From: Azolla caroliniana
Taxonomy: Eukaryota; Plantae; Polypodiophyta
Direction of reading: 5' to 3'
DNA: 64,000 nt
Assembly: GCA_043228905.1 (NCBI GenBank)
Contig: JBHGNT010000002.1
Coordinates: forward strand, 25,482,001-25,546,000
A model generated the notes under the pieces. The model had not been told where the DNA came from and did no database searches. It worked only from the letters and a program-made list of their open reading frames with translations. Of the stretch, positions 1 through 12,146 are shown one piece after another (the first letter of the stretch is position 1; every line of letters starts with the position of its first letter). The position numbers and the translations under genes are program-made.

Positions 1-780
1 TCCCTTCAAAATAAAATAAAAAGTTGGTTTCTCTTGTCACTTGTTTTAGAGTTTTTTAGACAACTTTGAGAAGCCCAACTATTTGGCCACAAAACATACA
101 AAATATAAGTGGATAGCATTGTGCCATTAAAAGCCCAATAATTTGAGACATTCCTAGGAAATGTGACGATTTGTATTTTTGACAAAGCATGATGAATAAC
201 AAAATCTAATTTAGCGACATTTCCAAAACAATACCAAGTAAGAGAATTTCGACTTGGTATGGGCAAACTTGTTAGTAGGAGATGAACATTAATTTCAAAT
301 TGAGGTTATCTTGAGTAAACATAATATTTATTGAATAGTGATGAGGGTTAATGGAAGACAGGTAAAATGTTAACTTGCGTGAGAGAGAAAGAGCGTTATA
401 GAGAGTGGAAGTTATAAGGTAAGATAGGAAGAAGTTATTTGGAAAACTGTTGAATTTTTTTGAAATATCAAGGGTGTTTGGGCAAATTTCACTTATTATT
501 TATTGTATGCTTTGTATGTCCTTAATTACGAGTACTTTTGAGCATTAAGCCCCAGAGGAATCGTACAATGGGTAGTTAATCAAACAAATTAATTACAACA
601 CACAAATACACATAAATCTTGATTTTTTCGTTACATTATTAGTCAATCAACCCAATATATATTTTGTATAGTGTTTATGGTGAAATCAAGGAAACTTGAT
701 GCCACACTCACGAAATTCTAATGATTAATGTGAATGATTTATTAACTTGTTTGGTGTAACAAGGACATGTTTTTAACCTT

Positions 781-802
781 TGTGTGTGTGTGTGTGTGTG
801 TG
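781..802. repeat. (TG)n microsatellite just before an ABCG splice acceptor
   Basis: Perfect TG run directly visible. Confidence 0.9.
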
Positions 803-817
803 TCCCTTTATTTACAG

Positions 818-1874
818 GAGTGGACACTTTAAAGGCACATGCAGATGATTTTATTGAAGTGGATGTTGGGAAGACTAGGAATGATCACAAGTCTCCCTTT
901 CGTATCAATCTAAAGGTAAACAATGGGCCCTGACAACCATTATCTTCAATAGTATTATCTTTCCTTATTGGAAGCTATCGAACCCCAAGAAATCTAATAA
1001 TAACATAGGCATCTAGTAAAACATTATATTCCCCTCATGCACCCTATTCAACAAGGCCAACAATACCAGAGCTCCTATAGATTGCTTGTTTTTGCATGCT
1101 TTCATTAATCGCATATTCCCTCATGTGCCTTATTTAGTGCTCTCAATATTGATTGTGGCACATTCTTGCGTAAAATAAGGCCAAGTTCCAACACATCACT
1201 TGTGCATGTTTAAACTAATCACATGACCTCGATCTAATAGTTTCTTAAGTTTTTAATAAAAACAAAGCCAAATTCCTATACATTGCTTACTTATGCGTGG
1301 TTTACATTGATCACATGTCCTAATTTAAATACACACTCATTGGGAAGATGCCTTTTTTTTTGTATTACGTGTGTGAGTATCATGTTGTGTTTTAACATGA
1401 GGGAATGCACACTTCTTGGTAATATGCCTCGTTAATTGAAATAAAAAAAATACATCTCTTGAGCTAAAAAGCAGTCCATTGGCACAATTTGAGCAATAAA
1501 GCACTGGCCACTTATCACATTGTTTTTGTAGGGGCTTGATTGCTTGTTTTGTGTGCTATTTTTTGCCAAATCATATGGCCAAAGGGGAAACTCGCATATC
1601 TCCTAATTTGCTAAAATTAACATCTTCCACTAGTCTTTAAGCCTGGAGTTCAAAAGTTACTTTTGTTTTGTTGAAAAGGAAAAAAACTCTCAGTGCAATA
1701 CATGACATCCTATTTGAGAATCAATGACATGGTATGGGCTTAAGCTAAAACAAAATAAGCCGCATACCATACAAGCACAAACCAAGCCTACCTCCAACAC
1801 CTTGGCATTGATATATTCCTGTGAACTTCATTTATTTCCCCAAAGCACAAAAAGGCACATCACAATTTTCTCGT

Positions 1875-1932
<58 letters not shown>

Positions 1933-4900
1933 TCATCTTGAAGATTTACTCATAACTAACCAGTTTAGGGTTTTGAGAAGAGCTCATTTTCTGCCTAGTG
2001 TGGTGCATATGATTTAACCACATTTCATTCAATTACATGCAGTTCGTAGATGTGAAATACAAAGTGACTCTTAGAGGTGGACTGACGTGGAGAGGAAAAG
2101 TGCCATTCGAAAAGGAAATATTGCATGGCATAACAGGACAAGTGGCATCAGGAGAGATGCTAGCTATGTTGGGCCCGTCTGGAAGTGGCAAGACAACCTT
2201 CCTCAAGTTGTTGGGGAATAGGAAATTTAACCATGAAAATGCGTCTGGTTCTATCCTATATAATGGATTGCAATGCACCAGAAGTATTAAAAGAAGGTAT
2301 ATATAGTGTGAAATATCAAATCTATATTGTGTTGATGCACATTAGCTAATATAGTCGATGATTTTGACTTGTACACCAAATACTAGATAACAATACTTCT
2401 TGTCTATGAAGGATGGGCTTTGTCACTCAAGATGATGTGTTGTTTCCCCACTTGACTGTGAGAGAGACACTCACATTTTCGGCCCTGTTGCGATTACCCA
2501 AACAATTGACAAGGGAACACAAGATTGAAAGAGTTGAAGATGTGATGATGCAATTGGGTTTACAAAAATGCTCCGACACTGTGATAGGCAATCAATTTAT
2601 TCCTGGTATTTCTGGAGGTGAAAGAAAAAGAGTTTGCATTGGACAAGAGATACTCATAGACCCACCTCTTATTTTCCTTGATGAACCCACATCAGGATTG
2701 GATTCTACAACAACATTACGTCTAATTAAGTTGTTGCAAAACATGACCCATGTAAGTGTCTCCTGATAAAGTTTCTAACTCTATACACTTTTCATCTTGT
2801 TTTTGTTTCGAAAATTGTACACCTATGTGCAATGATTTGAATATTAAGTGAACAAATGATATATAAGCTTTACTTTGAAACATATGATATATAAGCTTAA
2901 GTAGCAAATTCCACATTCTTTTTCTTTGTCTTGTTACACTTTAAAAAATGACTTTTAATGAAAATATTTAGGAAGGTCGGACAGTTGTGACAACAATCCA
3001 CCAACCATCAAGTCGAGCATTCCACATGTTCGACAAGTTGTTGTTGTTGTCTGAGGGCCATTGTGTTTACATGGGCCAAGCATGTTCGGCAATGGGATAC
3101 TTCAATTCAATTGGTTTTGCCCCACTCATCGCCATGAACCCAGCCGACTTCCTTCTTGACCTATGTTGTGGTATTACCACTGACATCTCCATCCCCACTA
3201 CCACTAGTACCATCCATCAACAATATCATCCTAGTGTTGGGGTTGTGCTTTCTTCCCCAACACCCACTTCTCTCCCAGCCAATGACGTGAAGTGCGTATG
3301 TACCCACACCTATAATTATATGCCATTAAATAACCTACAATAATTAATATTTACTAAAATATTATTAGCACTAAACTAACTTCGACATGATGGAATGTGT
3401 AGTATCTTGTCAAGTGTTGTGAGGAATTAATTCTCAAGGTAGAAAAGTCGAGTAGCCACGCAATAGCTACAATGACATCAATGTTGAAAGCACAAGTTGC
3501 GGGAGCCACACAACAAACACATTATATTGAGACTACAAGTGAGGAGTGTGATGTGTGGGCGACAACATGGTGGGAACAATTCATGATTCTCCTAGTGCGG
3601 GGCTTGAAGGAACGAAGACACGATTACCTCAGCAAGATACGTATCACCCAAGTGGTGGCGTCAGCCATCCTTGCAGGTTGCCTTTGGTGGAAATCGCAAC
3701 ATGCCACCCCTGAACAACTCCAAGACCAAGTGAGTATAAGCCTCAACATATATAAGTGGAATGATCCTTTTAGTGCATGTCATCTAGACCTTTGTTAACA
3801 TAGAATCCCATGTTAAGTGTATTGTTTGATGCACATTACATAGATTCTTGACACAAGTTTCCCATGGACCAACAATGTTCAAATATCAACAAGGACTATT
3901 AGAAAATCCCTCCCTCCCTCTCCCTCTCTCTCTTTGACACACACACACACACACACACATGTTTATACCTTTCATATGCAAGGGTTGAATGCATGACTTT
4001 GTAGTCTCCAGAAACGAACCTTACCAACTAAGATACAATAGGTTGGGTTTGTTTATATTTATATTTATATTTATTTTTAAAATAAAGTTTCACCTTGGTA
4101 TTAATGGAAAGATGCCCAAAGCTACAACGAATTCATACAGTAAATAGATTATAACCCTCATACCCACATCAACCAACATGTCGAGCATCAAAAGCCCTCA
4201 TGTAGGGTCGTTCCAAGACAGGGGGTAGAAAAAGCCATCTTGGTGGTGCATATCTCCACAATCTTAAATATTCTCTCTCCAAAAGAGGTGAAAACCTCTG
4301 CCTTTTTCCAAATTTCTTGAAATTGTTGTTGTTTACGAATCACAACATCAGGCTCACTAGTTCTTGCCTCATATTGACCTCTTAGAGTATGTAAGAGCAT
4401 TAACCATATCGCATTGACTAACTCAACCGCATTTTGTTTGACTTTCTGAAATACGCATTTACATCTAGCCTTCCATAATACCCAAACTACTAAAGAAGAT
4501 ATCGTAGACTAGACCTGTCCTCTTCCAAACAACGGATTGTTGTACTAGTATAAGAGACCTCCAATACATGTCTTCTATCGGAGAGGGGAAGAAAATCAAC
4601 ATCCTCCTATTCATAGTTTTGTCTTTCTTTAGCCAATCTTCCCCATCTCATAAAACCCCATGTGTACACATGTTTACCATAAATAGGATACAAAATTCTC
4701 AACATTCTTTTCCAAACTACTCGAGCAATAGGACATATCCATAAAACATGGTGAACCGATTCAATGGGAGAACCACAACTATCACATTTTAAATCATGGC
4801 AATGCACCCGCATCCATGACTTCATAGGAATGCCATAATGTATCAACAACCATGATTCTAAATAATATCACTTTTTTAGGAATTTGCATGGCCCATAGCC

Positions 4901-7900
4901 ATTTCCAATAAGCATCCAACCAAGAGTCTTGTACATTACCATATATCCAAAATTTACAAGCTGCTGACGTAACAACCACACCCCTCCTTAGCAATTCTCT
5001 ACCCATTTTTACCGAGTACTGAAAAAATGGGATTTGCTTATCTAGCATTCCTTGTGATGATATGGTTTGCCATTTCCTCTCACGACGATTCCACAAAAGG
5101 AGATCAATGGGCTTATTCTCATAGACCCACAATTCAGAGAGGCAGTTTATATCATTTGGATATGGATTCAACATTCATTTTTTATCTTGTTTCCACAATA
5201 TACGAATAGGCAACATACTCCCTTGAGTTACAATTCCGTCTTCCATAAAGAGAGAATGAAGTGATCCAGAAGGCAAAACATCAAAGTAAAGGCATTCAAT
5301 AGAGTTTTTATAACCCCTAAACCCCAATAAGACATGTAAGGATGAAAACGTACCCCATTTCTATCCATTTCTGCATACATAATGTTCCCTCCCCAAATTG
5401 TTCTACAAACATGGGTTTTGTTTTCCATCGTCGAAGAAGAAAAAATCAACCAATTCTACACTGACTCAACTTCACCTTTATCAAAGTCAACCCAATTCAA
5501 CATGCTAGTTCTCTTCCCTAACATTACCCCCTCCTCTGATGTAAATAGTGGGTTCAATATAAGGGGTTGGCGCAACCATTCCTCCGTACATGATGGTAGA
5601 GATTTTACTAAGTTATGTTTCAAATCCCACCATGCGTTCATGATACCCCTAAAAAACTTATCATGGCAAAAAATGTCAATGGAATGATTAAATTGTCACA
5701 TGTAGAAGGCATAACTTTAACCATTCTCTACAGTAAGATTTTTTTCCAAGGCTCCCCATCAGGCAACAAACCTCTTATAATAAAATTTCCCAAAAAAACC
5801 TTACATTGTAAAAGAGGATCAATCAATCCAAGCCCACCCTCATCCTTTGGAGCTATAATAACTTTCCAAGATACCTTGGCTCTCACAAATGAACAATCTT
5901 TAGATCCCCAAAGGAAATTCCTAATAAGCCTTTGTACTTGTGATAAAGTAGAACGTGAGGACAACCAAGCTGATAAAATGTACCACATGGAAGCCTACAA
6001 TACTTGATTGCCAACAACAACCCTACATGCAAATGACAATTTAGTAGTATTCCAATATAACAATTTCTTCATTATAGGAAGCAACAAAGGAGCTACATGA
6101 TCTTCTGGTGAAAGATTAATACCTACCTGACATCCCAAGTATCTTATAGGTTTACCATGCAAAATCCATTGAAACCCTTCCCGTGGACACCACAAAGGGT
6201 TTACTGTGGTATCTAGCTAGAACCCCACCGATTTATTCCAATTAATGATAGTTACAGAAGCATAGTAAAATGTATCAATAGCCCGTTGTACTCTACTTCA
6301 AAGATTATCGTGAGAACCTTGCAAATACAAGGTTGTATCATCAACAAATTGATAATCCACAATTTGTTCCTCTTAACCATGGCCATTGCAATCCTTTTAT
6401 ATTCACAACATTACTTGTAAGAAAACTACTAAAAGCTTCTCCAATCATCAAATATAAAAAAGGACCCAACGGACATCCCTGTCTCACTGACTTCGAAATT
6501 AAGAATGCTTGGCCTAGGTCTCCAACTATTAATACCCTACAAGTAGCTGAGTTGTGAAGAGTTGAGACAACTGTTAACAATTGATTAGGAGAACCTAACT
6601 TTTCCATGGTGCCTCTAAAAAAAGACCAATCTACTCTATCATAAGCCTTTTCGAAATCCAATAACAAGATAACTAAATCCTCTTTCCTTTCTTGTGAAAT
6701 TGCAACTACTTCCCAAAATAAAATAATGTTATCCAATATACTCCTATCTTGTAAGAACCATGTTTGGGCGTTATGAATGATGTCTGTTAAAAAAGGTTGC
6801 AATCTGATAGCCAACAACTTAGCATATATTTTGTAAATAGTATTCGATATAGTAATGGGTCACCACTTCCTAATATCAACCACTACCCCTTCCAATTTAG
6901 GATTTAGGAATAAGATATATCATTCCTTTTGTCCATTTACTTGGCATAAAACCAATGTCAAACACTTCCTGGAATGCAACAGTAATGTCAATCCCAATAA
7001 TTCCGGAAAAAATCTGTTGAATGCCCATCAATACCAGGGCATACATGGTAGCCAATTGCATCCAAAACAACCCTTACTTCAAAAATCGAAATCGGCTTAA
7101 CCAAAACGTTTGCCACATGGAGTGAAACACGTGTGTGCAGGGACTGCCATACAACACTACGACTCTCCAATTGATCAAGTGTAAAACATTTAGCGGACAA
7201 TAAATTGTTATAAAATTGCGTAGTAATATCCCTCATTTCTCTGGCATCCTTCGTAATGGATCCATCATCCCTTTGCAGTTGTTTCATCCCATTACAAGTT
7301 CTTTTTGCAGTTACATTAGGTTGGGTTTGTTTTTTCCGTAACTAAAAAATAGAATCAAAATGAATTAAAAGATCCATGTTCAATAAGGGAAGAGACCATT
7401 TACATTTGAGAATAAGATAACCAACAATATATTGTTGATGGGTATGTGATGGGGGTTGAGCCATCAAAACTTGTGCTATAAAAGGCATAAATAAAATGTG
7501 AGAATACATGTGTGGCACAAGCATTACTAAGGTGCAAATGGGTTGGTGCCATTCTTCATTCTCAATTGATCGAAAACTCACATCATTAATGATTTGTGGG
7601 AGTTTACATCTAGTGGCATGTAAATTATACCCATCTGATAATATGCATCACTATCCAGCCATATGTACAAAACCAATTGGTGTTTTGGGCGTATCATAAA
7701 AGAGATTTTGGAGGTTCATGTTCCTTTCTCTAGAAAGAGACATAAAGGTTTCCACAAGATTCTCACTACTTCCTCGCGTGCTCTATTAGCTATGAACCTC
7801 ACCTTAGGAAAAACTCTTTCATATGTATGTTGACACACTCACATGTGGTTACATGATGCAATCTATCAATGTCAATGTCGTTGAGGCTTTGTTCACAAAC

Positions 7901-10288
7901 TATGAAATGTCCCTTTACTATATATAACCACGTGTTAAGTGTCCCTTGAGTGTTGTATCATGGAGTATTGAACTTTGGACTTAGCCATTGTGAAACTAGT
8001 ATCTCTTTCTTTGTGTTAGGTATGTGCTCTAGTGTATATTAACTTGCGTAATTAGGTTCAAATCTCAAAAATTCTATTAATTTGCTAGATGTCTTACAGA
8101 TTGAGTTACATTTATTTTATTTCTCATATTAAGGTTGGAGGTCCTAAAGTTCCCTCATATTATTATTAACCCATGCACGTATTGAATTACTTTACTACAT
8201 GCCACTAGGGGATCTAAGTGTGAGTGTGTGTTCTCTTTTTACCAGTAAGGGTTTTTATTCGCTTTACACTTGCTCACACTCATGGTGGACCCCTTTGATA
8301 TAATAGAGAAGTTAGTAACTATAACAAGGAGGTATGTTGATGATATTTTATTGCATTAGATCCCAATAACTGAGAAGCAAGTTACATTCTTATGCATGGA
8401 CAATAGTAAGATGGTTTTTGTGCAAATCATATTTTGTTTTTAGGGTTGGGAGAAATTAGACTCTGGAATATATGCATAATTCCATGAATGATACCATAGG
8501 GTAGCGCCTCCATGGGTATTTATTGTTAACATGAAAACCTAGATTAGGGTATGTCGTTATAACCTCTTAAAGAGTTAGACGTAAATTGAAATCAAAGCTC
8601 TTTTCGGAGAATGACATCATTTGTATGAGGTAAGATGCATGGTATTTTTCCACGATAAAGAATACTTAGCATTTTCTCAAGACATCATATTTTCTTCACA
8701 TGCTAGAGATAGATGTACCAATAATATAATAATAAATCATAGGTTGATAAATTTGTCCAATGATGTGAACATCTAATCACATACAATTGATGATGTACAA
8801 TGTGCAATGATTTGGTGAAATTCTGAATGCATTCATAATCGAGTCATGAACAAAGCATTTCTTCTTGTAGCAATTTCAAGCTTTAATAATGTCATCAATC
8901 AACCGAGAAGATGAATCTAAGTTATTGCATGATACAAACATTTTTTAAAGGCCATGTCTGTGGGAAGTACATACTTTGAGTTTGTTTTTGCATAGCTTGA
9001 TAATAGAGAGAATCCTTTTGAATATGCATCCTAGATTATGTTGGATTTGTTTATCATTATGGCACATGTGGACAACTTTGGACTTTGTTAAACAAAATTC
9101 TAACAAAGCATGTTTTATATATGATTCTAGGTTGGCCTTATCTTCTTCATTGCAGTGTTTTGGGCATATCTTCCACTTTTCACGGCTGTCTTCACCTTCC
9201 CGCTAGAGAGAGCAGTGATAACTAAAGAGCGTGCATCGAAAATGTATCACTTGAGTGCCTATTTTATGGCACGCACCCTAGGTGACCTCCCTTTGGACCT
9301 ATTGCTTCCGCTTGTCTTCATGACAATTGTATATTTCATGACCAATCTTCAACGAACAACAATTGCTTTCTTCTTAACTCTCATGACAATTTGCCTTACA
9401 GTGATAGCATCTCAGGTACCATATTATTCACTATCAGATCCTTGCATAATGCAATGCCATAAAACATGTTTTAGTAAATCTTTTTTTCTCTTCAACTTAA
9501 CAATGGAATTAAACTAAAGATGTGAGCCTAGGCATCCATAACTAGTTTTTGCCATGAAACTTCTTTATGTATTTTTTCTTCAAATTTTGGCAATAGTCAT
9601 CAAATTAAACTAAAGATGTTTTGTTCTAGGGACTTGGTCTATTGATTGGTGCATCTATGATGGATGTCCAAAAAGCAGCTACCTTTTCATCAATAACAAT
9701 CTTAGCGTTCATGTTGGGTGGGGGCTTCTTTGTGCGGGTAATACCCTTCTTCCTAGTAATATCTCAACAATTGTTGTATCCTTGAAACATGCATATTTCC
9801 ATCAATTGTGTGCATGCATAAGTTCCCAAGCACATCCTAGCAATATCACAACAATTGGCATTAGATTTCTATAAAAAAAAACGTTCACATCTACTATCTT
9901 GGGCATGCTTGTGTATGTCCTTTATGATACTTTTTTTTTGTTTTAAACAAATATGGCTATATGCATACTCTCTATTTAATACATTGTACCTTTGTTTAGA
10001 AACACAATATAATTTCTTTTGCAGAATATTCCACCCTTTATCATATGGATCAAGTATTTATCCTTCCAAGCACACACCTACAACATATTAATTCAAGTCC
10101 AATATGAAGATTATAAGTCATACAATTGTGCAAGTGGAACAGGTTGTCAAGACATATCTCTATCCCCTGCTTTGCATAATTCATCCTTACATGATGGTCT
10201 AAAGTCAACACTAGCTCTAGTTGTTATGGTATTTGGATACCGTATTCTTGCATATGTTGCGTTACGACGGATGAGAACTATTACATGA
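818..10288 (+). CDS. ABCG22: ABCG-family half-size ABC transporter (ABCG22/27-like), 5'-partial, 8 exons in window
   Basis: GT-AG exons that join in frame: 818-915 (..PFRINLK; not in ORF track), 2043-2296 (FVDVKYKV..Walker [10 protein letters not shown]), 2412-2751 (GFVTQDD, signature ISGGERKRV, Walker [12 protein letters not shown]), 2972-3295 (TTIHQPSS), 3403-3729 ([19 protein letters not shown], typical of ABCG22/27), 9131-9415, 9630-9737, 10025-10288 (TM domain, TGA). First visible exon starts mid-codon, so the start codon is further upstream. Confidence 0.93.
1877..1930. repeat. (AT)n microsatellite in ABCG intron
   Basis: Perfect AT dinucleotide run. Confidence 0.95.
4055..7316 (-). 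mobile_element. 5'-truncated, degenerate L1/Tx1-like LINE inside ABCG intron (antisense to the gene)
   Basis: RT fragments ([34 protein letters not shown]), zf-RVT-like [14 protein letters not shown], (AAATAT)n-type tail at 4055-4080, 16-bp TSD TAGGTTGGGTTTGTTT at 4039-4054 and 7317-7332; many stops and frameshifts. Confidence 0.93.
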
Positions 10289-12146
10289 GGATAAGCACAC
10301 GAGGAGATATGATGGGCTTAAGCAAATTCCTCAATGCCACTAATATGGGTATTATTCCACAATTTCCCTAGACTTGATATCAACAGTTTTTCTGACATTA
10401 CTTCAACCATTTCCTAACATGCTAACATTGAACAAACCATGAATTTATTATCATTACAATGAGTTACCCTTTACATGTATAGGCATGGCCATTTAACAAT
10501 AATCATGGTCATATTGTACAATGTTGTTTTAGACATGCATTTACAAAGGAAATCTCAAATAATGTTAATAATTTCATGTATTTACATTGTCTTTCGAATG
10601 GAAAATGTACATACATTTAACTACATATGCATTGTGCACACTACATGCTCACATATGTTTAAATCTATAATAAGATGCCTTTATCTTCCAATCTTTAAAA
10701 CCTTTACCAATTTAAAGGTAAAAAGTTTAATGGTTCCTATCACAATAAGTTTTCACTAATATTTGGGGTATAGTCAATATCATGAAATGGAAGATTAATA
10801 TAATTCATTAAACTATTCTCAAAAAAAAACTCCTTGCATGTTCATGGATTAAGTTCTTTTGTGGCAGCCTAGTTGACACCATCATATTAGAAAGTAGAGG
10901 TAATGTCAAAAAGGAACCAATAATAGTCGATTTATCGTAAAGTGACATCACGTCACGAACCCTAAATCCTAACCTTTGTGTGAATTAGAAAGAAGCACGG
11001 AGCAAATATTATGTGAAAATAACTACCCTAGTACGTAATGAAAAATAAATGTGACAACAACTAAATACCCATTTCTCCCAATTACATTTGCCACAAAAAA
11101 TCTGCTACTTGACAACATTCATGGACCCTTTTCTCCATACATCATGTTTATCAATTTATGTGTCATTACATAATTGTGTTGATGCCCCCTTAACTCTACA
11201 ATCTATCATTTTACTTCTTAACATATCGATATAATCCCTACTAAACAAGTAACATTATTAACATTTAGGTTTATCAAAACTCATCCTCTATCTTTGTTTT
11301 CATATTAGAGCTATATCCTAGTATCATGCAACTTTTTACTAGTCATGAACCTGGAAATCTCACCATTTGCATTCCTTTACTGCGAGCTACTATGAAATGT
11401 AGGAGTTAATTTTTAAGCACCGATCTTGTATGCATTAAACGTATCACATTGAATTGTGTTGATTATCACACTAATTATCATGTCCCTTTTCTATGGCAAT
11501 TCACATGGAAACTCATGCTCACTATCTTCTGGATAATCACATTGATGATTCTGGTTATACAAAACTTGTAGTTGTAACCATATACACTAACCATGATTAG
11601 CATCCCATTGACAATATCACTATGGAAAATGACTCAGATATAAGTATGATGAATCACACATAAATCTCCTTGGTGAAATTGTATCTTCTATAGAATGACA
11701 TACCATATACACCATCAAGTATTTTGCATATGGGATTGAGTATCACCTTATCGCCTCGTACACATTGATACACAATTGATCTTCTCTACTAAATTACAAG
11801 TTTACGACATAATTTCCTTGTTATGTATGAGTCATCACATGACCTAGCAAGCTAAAGTTCTTTCAACCCAATTCCCAGAGTGTGGATGTAACTGCTTCCA
11901 TTTGGAACAGTAAAACAAAAATTATTATGGGCAAATTCTATGAATGGATTTCAACTCCCTTTATGACCTCTGTTTCGGTCTTTACACATGCACTCAAAGA
12001 TAGATCACTCCAAACTTCCTTGAATAGTATCAGCACATAGTACATTGATTAAATTCCAATCCCTGATGCATTTTGATTTGATTCAAATTTTGTGATACAT
12101 GGGAACAAGGTATTGCCCTGATTAACATTTGTCTATATACCCCCGA

